Position numbers and translations under genes: made by a program | Notes under the pieces: generated by a model | The model's database searches: none | The model's input: the letters and a program-made list of their open reading frames with translations, nothing else | Told to the model about the DNA's origin: nothing | NCBI GenBank assembly: GCA_963843555.1 | Contig: CAWJKV010000007.1 | Span: 32,001 to 96,000, forward strand | DNA from: an uncultured Methanosarcinales archaeon | GTDB lineage: Archaea > Halobacteriota > Methanosarcinia > Methanotrichales > Methanotrichaceae | DNA: 64,000 nucleotides | Direction of reading: 5' to 3' | Part shown: one piece after another, positions 56,051-64,000 of the stretch | Position numbering within the stretch: position 1 is the first letter of the stretch | How the letters are laid out: each line of letters begins with the position of its first letter

Positions 56051-56349
56051 TCTTTTTCCCTCTCCTCATTCCTCTTGGCTCTCCCATCCACCTTACTCTT
56101 GGCTTTCTCTAGCTTCCTTTTTTCTCTCTCCTTAATCTCCTATTCTCCTCTTCTTCTTCCTTTTCCTTATCTTCTTCCCTCTCCGCTTAAACCTTCTAAG
56201 ATGTGGTCTCTATATCATAATCAGCTTGACGCTCTGAAAAGGATTTTATAGAGGCAATAAATGATTACGCAAACTGCATGCAGACAACAAAGCCATGAAT
56301 GGAGAGAGATTGCGCTGAGAAATGAATGGCGAATGGAATGGGCTATGGA

Positions 56350-57348
56350 ATGACAAACGTCTTGATTTACGGCGCGGGGGCAATCGGATCTTTTGTAGGG
56401 TATCTCCTCATGGCGCCTTCTCAACCCAATGGCCCGAAAATCGAAAACGTTGCCCTGTTGGGAAGGGCAAGCCATATGCAGAAGATCATGGAAGCTGGTT
56501 TGCGGATAGATTTTCCAGATAGCTTTCCAGATCGCTCACAGCTCCTGCAATTCAAATACTGCTTTGGAAATCTCGATGATCTCAAAGAATCTGATTTTTA
56601 TCCTGAATTGGTAATAGTATGTGTTAAAACGTATGCCCTGCCAAATGTGTGCATTGAGCTGAATGAGTCGGGATTGCTGCAAGAAAGACTGAAGAACGCC
56701 TGTTTTCTCCTCTTGATGAATGGCATGGGCAGCAAAGAAATCTTTGAGCAGTTGACGGCCCTCTCGCCCAGCAGGGTCCTGGAAGGGATCACATCCATTG
56801 GAGTGAGATTCACCGGGAACGGTTTGATTGAGCTAAAAGGTCTGGGAAAGACCGTTATTGACGACAAAATCTGTGTAAAACGAAAACAATCCCTGAATGA
56901 ATTCCTGGAATTCAGATTCAGGGAATCAGGCTTTGAGATTGAATTCGCCCCTGATTTCAAGAAACATCAATGGGATAAGCTCTTCGTCAACTCTGTAGTA
57001 AATCCTATAACCGCCATTACTGGCCAGGAGAATGGGATCGTTCTATCCGATCAGTTGAGTGGCACTGTGCAAAACATCATCAGGGAAGGCGTAAGCGTTG
57101 CCCAAAGGGAGGGCCTGGAGACAGATGTGGAGAGCATCCTCGAAGTCGTCTATTCTGTAGCCGAGAAGACCTCTCATAACACTTCCAGCATGCTCCAGGA
57201 TGTACAAAAGAAGAAGATGACTGAGATCGATTCCATCAACGGCTATATTATCCAATTGGCAAAAAGAAATGACATAGAGGTTCCGGTAAATGAGGCTCTG
57301 TTTGGATTGGTGAAGTCAATGGCCGGATGCGTTAAGGACCGCAATTAA
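56350..57348 (+). CDS. panE: 2-dehydropantoate 2-reductase
   Basis: GAGAIG, VKTY, MNG, WDKL.VN..VNP.TA, SSMLQD..TEIDSING motifs. Confidence 0.9.
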   Translation: MTNVLIYGAGAIGSFVGYLLMAPSQPNGPKIENVALLGRASHMQKIMEAGLRIDFPDSFPDRSQLLQFKYCFGNLDDLKESDFYPELVIVCVKTYALPNVCIELNESGLLQERLKNACFLLLMNGMGSKEIFEQLTALSPSRVLEGITSIGVRFTGNGLIELKGLGKTVIDDKICVKRKQSLNEFLEFRFRESGFEIEFAPDFKKHQWDKLFVNSVVNPITAITGQENGIVLSDQLSGTVQNIIREGVSVAQREGLETDVESILEVVYSVAEKTSHNTSSMLQDVQKKKMTEIDSINGYIIQLAKRNDIEVPVNEALFGLVKSMAGCVKDRN

Positions 57349-57376
57349 TATTATCACCAAAGACCATTATTTATGC

Positions 57377-58186
57377 ATGAAGATGAAAAACTCATGCTTA
57401 TTTATGGTAGCTTTATTATTATTGGCAACCCACTTAGTAGCAGTGTCCCAGGCGCCATATAACCATTCTCTAACGCCGGCACAACAGCAGGCGATATGGT
57501 ATTCTGAAGCATATCGTTTCCTCAACGGTGGTTATTACCCGTACAACTATGCCGACTATCCGATGGCTGCCTACCCGTATTACTACAGCCCCTACACTTA
57601 TTACTACCCTCAATATTCATCGTTCCGAGTCCTGCCATATCCTGTACCCACGTATGCTGCACCAGCGCAGACAACCACACCAACACAGACGTATCCCTCT
57701 AGTGCAACGGGATATAGCATAATGACTGCCACCAATTCCGCCCTAGGCACATACCTAACCGATGGCAGCGGCAGAACACTCTACCATTTACAAAGCGATC
57801 AAGGTAGCTATACCAGCAAATGCACCGACGCCACTTGCACTGGAAGCTGGCCTCCATTCTACTCGGGGGGCATAAGCGTTCCAGGAAACCTGAATCCTGC
57901 GGATTTCAGCGTCATAACTGTAAGTGGATCTAAACAATATCAGCAGATAGCTTTCAAGGGTTGGCCATTATACTACTTCTACAGGGATACAAAGCCCGGC
58001 GACGTCTACGGCCAGGGTTTAAAGGATAATTATGGTGTCTGGTCAGTAGTGAATCCTGAAAGCCCCAGCACATTTCCAGTAAACTTCCCGTATCCGTCCG
58101 GTGGAACCGCATCAAATCAGTACCAATATCCGATGCAACAGCCGTACACGATGCCAACCCAGCCGACATACGCTTCACAATATTAG
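57377..58186 (+). CDS. Secreted protein with Tyr/Pro-rich region and COG4315 (Lipoprotein_15) repeats
   Basis: LTDGSGRTLY...C...C...WPP, GWPLYYF..D..PGD..GQG...W motifs. Confidence 0.85.
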   Translation: MKMKNSCLFMVALLLLATHLVAVSQAPYNHSLTPAQQQAIWYSEAYRFLNGGYYPYNYADYPMAAYPYYYSPYTYYYPQYSSFRVLPYPVPTYAAPAQTTTPTQTYPSSATGYSIMTATNSALGTYLTDGSGRTLYHLQSDQGSYTSKCTDATCTGSWPPFYSGGISVPGNLNPADFSVITVSGSKQYQQIAFKGWPLYYFYRDTKPGDVYGQGLKDNYGVWSVVNPESPSTFPVNFPYPSGGTASNQYQYPMQQPYTMPTQPTYASQY

Positions 58187-58601
58187 ATCTTTCACCCAAC
58201 CCCTGTGCACATAGCTCGGGCGAGCATCTGCCATTTTTTTGTGGCTTGGGAAAGCGAGGCCAAAAGCGGCTGGAGGAGGATGGGATGAGGTGCCTTCAGG
58301 TTCGAGAATACCTATGGGTTGAAATTCATGGTTTTGCATCCAATGATTCTCATTGGCTTTCGATGTCTGACCTGGAAAGGTAGTAAGGTGATCTGGTAAG
58401 GAGAGAGAATAAAAATGTATTGCCTCGGATCACAACCCCGATTTTATAATCTATGATGGATATAGACTATTGCGACAATCTACAATCTAATGGCTAATCT
58501 AGTTCAAGAATTCACACAAAAAAGAGAACACCAGCAGCACTGTGCCGATGTGTTTTCGATTATTCGTTCCAATATCTCATGCCATTGCTTCGGGGATTGG
58601 T

Positions 58602-59027
58602 CTATTGTTGGTTAGTTACTATTTTGACGTTGTTGGTGGCTTCTGAAAGTCCGAAAGCCATTGCATCCCTGTTTCCTACCTTGACCTGCTCGAGATTGAC
58701 CTTGATGCAGCAGTCTTGGCAGGAAACGTTGCCACTGCTACAACATTCACACTCACCAGAATCCTGATTCTTCTTGATCTCCAGATTGTTTGTTGCAATA
58801 GGATCTAATCCCGGCCCAATGGCCAAAGCCCTATCATTTCCAACCGTCAGAATGTCGAGATTAGTGTTCGCAAAATACGGGAACCTAAAGGCAGATCCTT
58901 CTGACATAAATATTCCTCCATCCTTTCCGAGGATGTCTACGCCACCATCCCCGCCAAATCCCTGAGCCATAACCGGAATGGATAGCATGGCAAAGGTCAA
59001 TGCCAATACAAATTTATTTGTTTTGAT
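58602..59027 (-). CDS. Secreted Cys-cluster protein with internal duplication; probable ATC start, alternative TTG at 59072
   Basis: KTNKFVLALTFAMLSIPVMA signal peptide; two NL....VGN..A.A.G...ATNN..I..NQ units flanking CECC/CQDCC. Confidence 0.75.
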   Translation of the reverse strand: MKTNKFVLALTFAMLSIPVMAQGFGGDGGVDILGKDGGIFMSEGSAFRFPYFANTNLDILTVGNDRALAIGPGLDPIATNNLEIKKNQDSGECECCSSGNVSCQDCCIKVNLEQVKVGNRDAMAFGLSEATNNVKIVTNQQ

Positions 59028-59256
59028 AGTCTTACCCCCTAAATCTTTTAGTTTAGACAAAGTAGTACTCAATTATATTTATGTCTTTGGGTTCATTAAA
59101 TTAGTAAAGAAATTTTCAATAGAAAATATTTATATTACATATCGTTTTAAAATATAATGAGTACCAGTTAGATAGTTAATATGAACAACTAAATTTGCTA
59201 CAAATTGATCTCTGAAAGGACGAAGCTTTACAGGATAGTATACACTTTTTGCAGCG

Positions 59257-59570
59257 ATGAAAGACTTCTTCATCAGCTACAACCAGGCCGACCGCCTGGG
59301 CGGAATAAATTGCCTGGTGCTGGAGGAAGTTGGATACAGCACTGTACTGCAGGCCTGGGACTTCCGCCCATGATGCAACTTTCCCCTTCGAGATGGATAA
59401 AGCGATAAAAGGGACGGAACGAACTATCCTCGTTCTATCACAAGACTTTTAGCCTCCGATTTCACCGCCCCAGAGTGGGCCGCCGCCTTCGCCCAAGATC
59501 CGACCGGAAAAAAGGGCAAGATTCTGCCCATCAAAGTCCGGGATTGCAGACCAGAAGGTCTTCTGGCTCC
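59257..59570 (+). pseudogene. Degenerate TIR (TIR_2) domain gene
   Basis: MKDFFISYNQADR-WAE*IA-VLEEVGYSTVLQAWDFRP*..EMDKA..RTILVLSQDF-ASDFTAPEWAAAFAQDPTGKKGKILPIKVRDC, read across indels and stops. Confidence 0.8.
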
Positions 59571-59630
59571 ACCAAATCGTCGAGAGGGATCTGGGATTGC
59601 TCGATTCTTGAGCCTTCCGCCGGAAGTCTT

Positions 59631-60186
59631 GAGGCCTGCTCGGGCGGCTGCGCTTGCGGTCGCGCGGGATCGCGGGTGCGCTCGCGTGGCCGGGCATGCT
59701 CGCGGGCGAGGAGACCCGGAAGCGGCAGGGATGCGGCTTGGCTGTGAATCAAGCCGGAATCCGTTCGAGTTGAGATGGCTAGGAGGACCTCTTCCAGGTA
59801 TGACAAGGCCCCCAAGGTCACGACCGAAATCATCAGACCTCAGCATCTCGGATGCTTAGGGGATGCAGCTTCCATACCACAATCAGGATTACAAATAGGA
59901 CAATGAGAATCTTAAGAGCCAGAAGATATTCATTTGCCCCAGCTATGTTAAAGCCTGAAAGGAAATCTCCGTCAATACCTACTGTCGAAATGCTTTCACC
60001 CTTGGAAATATATGCTGTTCATAAAGAAATCATTTTCGATCTTCCCGTGCGCGTACCGAATACCTGCACGCCAGAAGGCCGGAGGCCCGCTCGGGCGGCT
60101 GCGCTTGCGGTCGCGCGGGATCGCGGGTGCGCGCGCGTGGCCGGGCTGCTCGCGGGCGAGAAGACCAGGGGGCGACAGGGATGCGT
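59631..60186. repeat. Two direct copies of a ~100-bp GC-rich element (about 59631-59735 and 60082-60186)
   Basis: Shared GCTCGGGCGGCTGCGCTTGCGGTCGCGCGGGATCGCGGGTGCGC.CGCGTGGCCGGGC..GCTCGCGGGCGAG.AGACC..CAGGGATGCG. Confidence 0.9.
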
Positions 60187-60399
60187 CAGGCTGGCAAGGA
60201 TATTGACAGAAATCCGAACGAGCGGAGATTGCAGGGACGTCCCGCTACGTGAGGCAGGGGCTCACTCGGGCTATTGTAGTCTTGCGAGATTACCAGAAGT
60301 TCCTGTGAGTTATCAGTTACTCTTTAATTAGCAAATTCTTCCGCAGCAGCCGGCATGTCACCTTGATGGCCTGGAGAAGCTCTTGACTTTGTTCTTTAA

Positions 60400-60620
60400 C
60401 CTGGTTCGTGATGATGGATATCGCCAGATCCTTGGAGCCAAGATTACGGACAATGAGTGCGATGGCTTCTGTTCCGGATTCTTTGATGAGCTAACTGATC
60501 GCGGTTTGAAAGGTGTTAAACAGATAGTTTCAGATGGCCATAAAGGAATACAAAGCGCAGTTCAGTCAAGGTTCTTGGGTGCAACTTGGTAGATGTGTCA
60601 AGTCCATTTCAGCCGCGCAC
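60400..60620 (+). mobile_element. IS256-family transposase fragment
   Basis: DGYRQILG..., L.DRGLKGV..IVSDGHKGI, GATW*MCQVHF. Confidence 0.85.
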
Positions 60621-61385
60621 GGTGTTGAATAATATTATGTCCTAAGCCAAGACACTTGGTAAATAGATCCGAAGAAAACCACCAGCTATCAAAAACAATA
60701 TACAGATCAACGCTCTTTGGGACTTTTAGCGGTTCAAATAATTTCTTCAAAAGCAATCTGTATTTTTGTTTTAAAATTTTCATTTTCGTCTCTATTTTTG
60801 ATGTACATCTTGGCTTTATGTGGAATAAACAATCCCTTTGATTAGATAACGGAAGTAACAAAATTGTTACCCCAAATAGGTTTCCTTACTATGGTCGTAA
60901 AATTTTCCTGCACCCTCTGTCTGAGTCCCTTCTTTCTCATCGAATGTATCGTCAATTATTAACAATATTCTATCATTTTCTTTTAAACATAACTGTTCAA
61001 TAAAAAGACCTACTTTGCGCTGTGCAACTTCATTCTCATCCCAATTCGCATCGCTTAGGAACCAATTGTGCGAAGAACGTGCTTTTCTCCCCTTGTTACA
61101 TTCAGCCATAGTATCACAAAGGTTAGCAACGGTTTTGGATTTATCACATACGCTTAGTGCTCTGCATAAATCCCGAAATGATCCATAACTCGGTTTTCGT
61201 GAAGAGGTCCTTAAATTCATTTAAGAATGGCTCTAAATTGTAAGGGTGCTTTAACTATCTTGATCATTCTACTCCCGAAAAAGAGATTTTGATCTTAGTA
61301 TAAAAGCTTTAATTTTTATTATTAAACTTATAATTCAATTCAGTTGAAAGAAATTATAAATCTTCTAAAAAGTTGGAAAGTGCAG
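60620..61385 (-). mobile_element. IS701-like DDE transposase relic, internally deleted
   Basis: FLSDANWDE, LIIDDT..EK.G...EG and VFDSWW motifs; AT-rich; candidate end CTGCACTTTCCAAC at 61385-61372. Confidence 0.7.
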
Positions 61386-61535
61386 AATACTTAATCGTTA
61401 TCTATAATTTTAATTGATGGGCGCAAAATGATTTGTCTGTTTCTTTTCTTGATTGAGTGAAGAAAATCGCAGTTTTATCAGGCAATGTGAACAGAAGGGT
61501 CAGGTTAATAAGTAGAAACTGTTTTTGAATACAGG

Positions 61536-61781
61536 ATGGAAATGCCTGAAGATGAAAAGCCCACCGCAAAACAATCATCACCGCAATTCATACCAAAGTT
61601 CAAAGGAAAGAAAGTGATGATCCGCCTGCTCTCAGGAGGCCAGCCGGTTACTGGAACCATTGAGTCATTCAACCCCTATGAGATCCTCCTCCAAACGGCA
61701 AAGGGCGAGTTATTGGTCTTCAAACACGCTATTGCAACTATGGAAATCGTGGATGAGCCGCGGGGGTATAAGCCAAGCTAA
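61536..61781 (+). CDS. hfq: Bacterial-type Hfq/Sm-like RNA chaperone
   Basis: V.IRL.SG...GTIESFNPYEILL....LLVFKHAIAT; Sm2 F/YKHAI signature. Confidence 0.8.
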   Translation: MEMPEDEKPTAKQSSPQFIPKFKGKKVMIRLLSGGQPVTGTIESFNPYEILLQTAKGELLVFKHAIATMEIVDEPRGYKPS

Positions 61782-61782
61782 A

Positions 61783-63183
61783 TCATGTCGGATCGCTTGG
61801 ATTTCTTTTTCTATGCCATCTTTCCAGGTAGCTCACTCCAAAAAGGAAGGTTCCAGAGACGGCCATTCCTAGCAATGGATAGCTCTGGCCGAAGATTATG
61901 GCTGTAGCGCCTCCTCCCACCAGCGCAGACAGCGCTCCGGAAGACGTGAGGCCGAGCCTCTCTTTATAAAACCCGGCAACTACAGGTAAGAGGAGGCCGC
62001 TGGTGAATACCGTGTAGGCAATGAGCAAGGTCTTGGTGATGCTCGGCATTGAGACCGCTAGGAGAAGGGCAGATGCACCAATGATTAATACCGCGATCCG
62101 CGAGACCTGAATCAAATGGTGCGAGCTGGCTTTGGGTCTTATTTTTTTGTATATATCAAGGGTAAGGATGGATGTGACGGTCATCAGGCTCGTGTCAGCC
62201 GAAGACATAAAAGCCGCCAAGAGTGCAGCTGCCACAATGCCCTCAATTCCCGGTGAGAGAAGCTCCGTCAAGAGCGATGGAATAGCCTGCTCAGGAGATA
62301 TTGTCGGATAAAGAGACCTGGAAAAGATGCCCAGCGATGTGATGAGAAATGCCAATGGGATGAGGACGATTGCCGAAATGAATACGGAAATCTTTGCCTC
62401 TCTCGGGCTGCGGGCAGAGAGCAGGCGCGAATACATGTCTGGACCGATCAGGTAGGCTGAGCCCACTACCAATAGCATGGAGATCGCTTCCCAGCCACCC
62501 ATCTTATCAGAAGTGGGAAAACTCTCGCTTAAGAGAAGCCCCGGCCCGGATGCATTAAGAGCCGCCTGGAATAGAAGAATCATTCCCATTATTATTATCA
62601 GGAACTGCACCAGATCGGTTCTAACGACTGAGCTTTGCCCACCGTGCGCTGTGTAAAGGACGAACACCGCCGTGCATATAACCATGAAGAGAGTTCCGTT
62701 TCCTCCGAAGACCGCGCTGAGGACTTTTCCAGAAGCTATGATCTGCACGGCGATCACACCAACCCAGGAGACGGCGATGAGAATTGAGGCTGCAGTCCTT
62801 GCTCTTTCACCATAAAACGATCCCACCAGTTGCGGCAGAGTATAACATCCCGTTGATCTAATTCTTCCGGCAAAAAAAACAAGAATAAGCATTCCAATAG
62901 TGCCGGAGAGCATCCACCAGGCACCGGGAAAGCCTTTGCTGAATCCCAGTCCCGCCATTCCGATGGTGGATGAGGCTCCTATTATTGTGGCACAAAAAGT
63001 GCCTATCAGGAAGATCATCCTAAGGCTTCTGCCCGCCAGGTGAAAATCCTCCAGGCTCCTCATACGAAGCCTCCACGCTCCTATGATGAGGATAGCCAGC
63101 AGATAGACCACAATTACAAAAGCCGATTGATTCGCAAACACCCCTTCTATTGTCGACCAAATGTCCCTGATTTTGGTTGACAA
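61783..63183 (-). CDS. Sodium:solute symporter family protein
   Basis: [30 protein letters not shown] motifs; many TM segments. Confidence 0.92.
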   Translation of the reverse strand: MSTKIRDIWSTIEGVFANQSAFVIVVYLLAILIIGAWRLRMRSLEDFHLAGRSLRMIFLIGTFCATIIGASSTIGMAGLGFSKGFPGAWWMLSGTIGMLILVFFAGRIRSTGCYTLPQLVGSFYGERARTAASILIAVSWVGVIAVQIIASGKVLSAVFGGNGTLFMVICTAVFVLYTAHGGQSSVVRTDLVQFLIIIMGMILLFQAALNASGPGLLLSESFPTSDKMGGWEAISMLLVVGSAYLIGPDMYSRLLSARSPREAKISVFISAIVLIPLAFLITSLGIFSRSLYPTISPEQAIPSLLTELLSPGIEGIVAAALLAAFMSSADTSLMTVTSILTLDIYKKIRPKASSHHLIQVSRIAVLIIGASALLLAVSMPSITKTLLIAYTVFTSGLLLPVVAGFYKERLGLTSSGALSALVGGGATAIIFGQSYPLLGMAVSGTFLFGVSYLERWHRKRNPSDPT

Positions 63184-63194
63184 TAAATCAACGT

Positions 63195-63206
63195 AGGTTT
63201 AAACCT
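63195..63206. promoter_or_regulatory. Palindromic TATA-like element between divergent genes
   Basis: AGGTTTAAACCT perfect palindrome. Confidence 0.5.
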
Positions 63207-63269
63207 TTCGCTAAACTCCATCAACAGTGGCTGTCCAATGGTGTTCCTGGGATTTTCTACACAACTCCT

Positions 63270-64000
63270 ATGCGATCCTTGGAAAATGAGGAGCAATTAG
63301 AGGATAATAATGCTGCATCTAACAATCCGACAACATTGGAAGAGAAAAATCTGATAAAGGAGATCGAACGCAAGACTCCGGTGGTGGATCTGCCTCTGGG
63401 CGCCACTGAAGACCGTGTCGTGGGCTCTTTGAATGTTGAGAGAGCCATCAAGGAAGGCATCAAAGCCCTGGAACCGGGCATCCTGGCAGCCGCCAATCGA
63501 GGCATACTCTACATAGATGAGGTCAATCTTCTGGATGATCACGTGGCCGACGTCCTCCTGGACTCTGCAGCCATGGGGGTAAATATTGTGGAAAGGGAGG
63601 GCGTGTCAGTGGCCCATCCCTCCAAATTCATTTTAGTGGGAACCATGAACCCAGAGGAGGGAGAGATCCGGCCCCAGCTTCTGGACCGGTTCGGGCTGCA
63701 GGTCAGCGTTGTCGGCATTGAAGATGTGGACCAGAGAATGCAGATCGCCAAGATGGCGGAGAGCTTTGATCGTGATCCGGAAGTCTTCGCCATGCAGTGC
63801 CATGCCAGACAGGAGGAGCTGAAAGGGAAGATCGCTCAGGCCAGGAATAGGCTTCGGAAAGTGATCATGAGCGATGATCTTCTCAGATCCATCGCCTCTA
63901 CCTGCATCGACCTGGGCGTCAAGACGCACCGGGCTGAGATTGTCATCTCCAGGACCGCCAGGACCATTGCCGCTTTCGAGGGGAGAGCAGAGGTCAATTC
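63270..64000 (+). CDS. Mg/Co chelatase ChlI/ChlD-type AAA+ subunit; runs off the window and is absent from the ORF track
   Basis: [56 protein letters not shown] motifs. Confidence 0.9.
   Translation, partial: MRSLENEEQLEDNNAASNNPTTLEEKNLIKEIERKTPVVDLPLGATEDRVVGSLNVERAIKEGIKALEPGILAAANRGILYIDEVNLLDDHVADVLLDSAAMGVNIVEREGVSVAHPSKFILVGTMNPEEGEIRPQLLDRFGLQVSVVGIEDVDQRMQIAKMAESFDRDPEVFAMQCHARQEELKGKIAQARNRLRKVIMSDDLLRSIASTCIDLGVKTHRAEIVISRTARTIAAFEGRAEVN

Noticed and set aside
55406..56251. Long antisense ORFs such as 55406-56251, 22300-23082, 21040-21651 and 218-808
   Set aside because: Shadow frames of well-supported genes on the opposite strand, with no recognisable motifs.
59424..59859. Overlapping Arg/Pro/Ala-rich ORFs (59424-59846, 59449-59697, 59608-59859 and others)
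   Set aside because: They are explained by the GC-rich repeat and by antisense reading of the TIR relic.
60590..60592. In-frame TAG in the IS256 fragment as recoding
   Set aside because: It falls at a conserved Gln (CAG to TAG) in an already truncated relic.

Overview
This is a chromosomal window from an acetoclastic methanogen, very likely Methanothrix (Methanosaeta) sp. The call rests on the archaeal 16S-tRNA-Ala-23S-5S operon and an fpoABCDHIJJKLMN operon with no fpoF/fpoO and a Lys/Ala-rich FpoI tail. Housekeeping genes include thiM-thiE, hpt, an asparagine synthase family protein, rqc2, the archaeosine genes tgtA/arcS, aconitase, ubiX, dys, panE, an acetyl-CoA hydrolase-GNAT fusion, an SSS symporter and a partial chelatase ATPase. 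Accessory patches lie between them. The best leads are: (1) a five-repeat plus M23 metallopeptidase protein, a peptidoglycan-hydrolase fold in an organism without peptidoglycan; (2) three secreted-protein genes whose best SD-positioned start codon is ATC; (3) a paralogous pair of secreted, extremely Tyr-rich proteins, one with a (QPHDGGPNDGG)9 expansion; (4) a signal-peptide rubredoxin-PfpI-rubredoxin protein; (5) a bacterial-type Hfq beside a decayed TIR gene, a duplicated ~100-bp structured GC repeat and IS debris. About ten frameshifts can each be repaired by removing one base, including those in fpoL and tgtA. They are most likely long-read consensus errors. All family calls come from motif recognition by eye; no searches were run.
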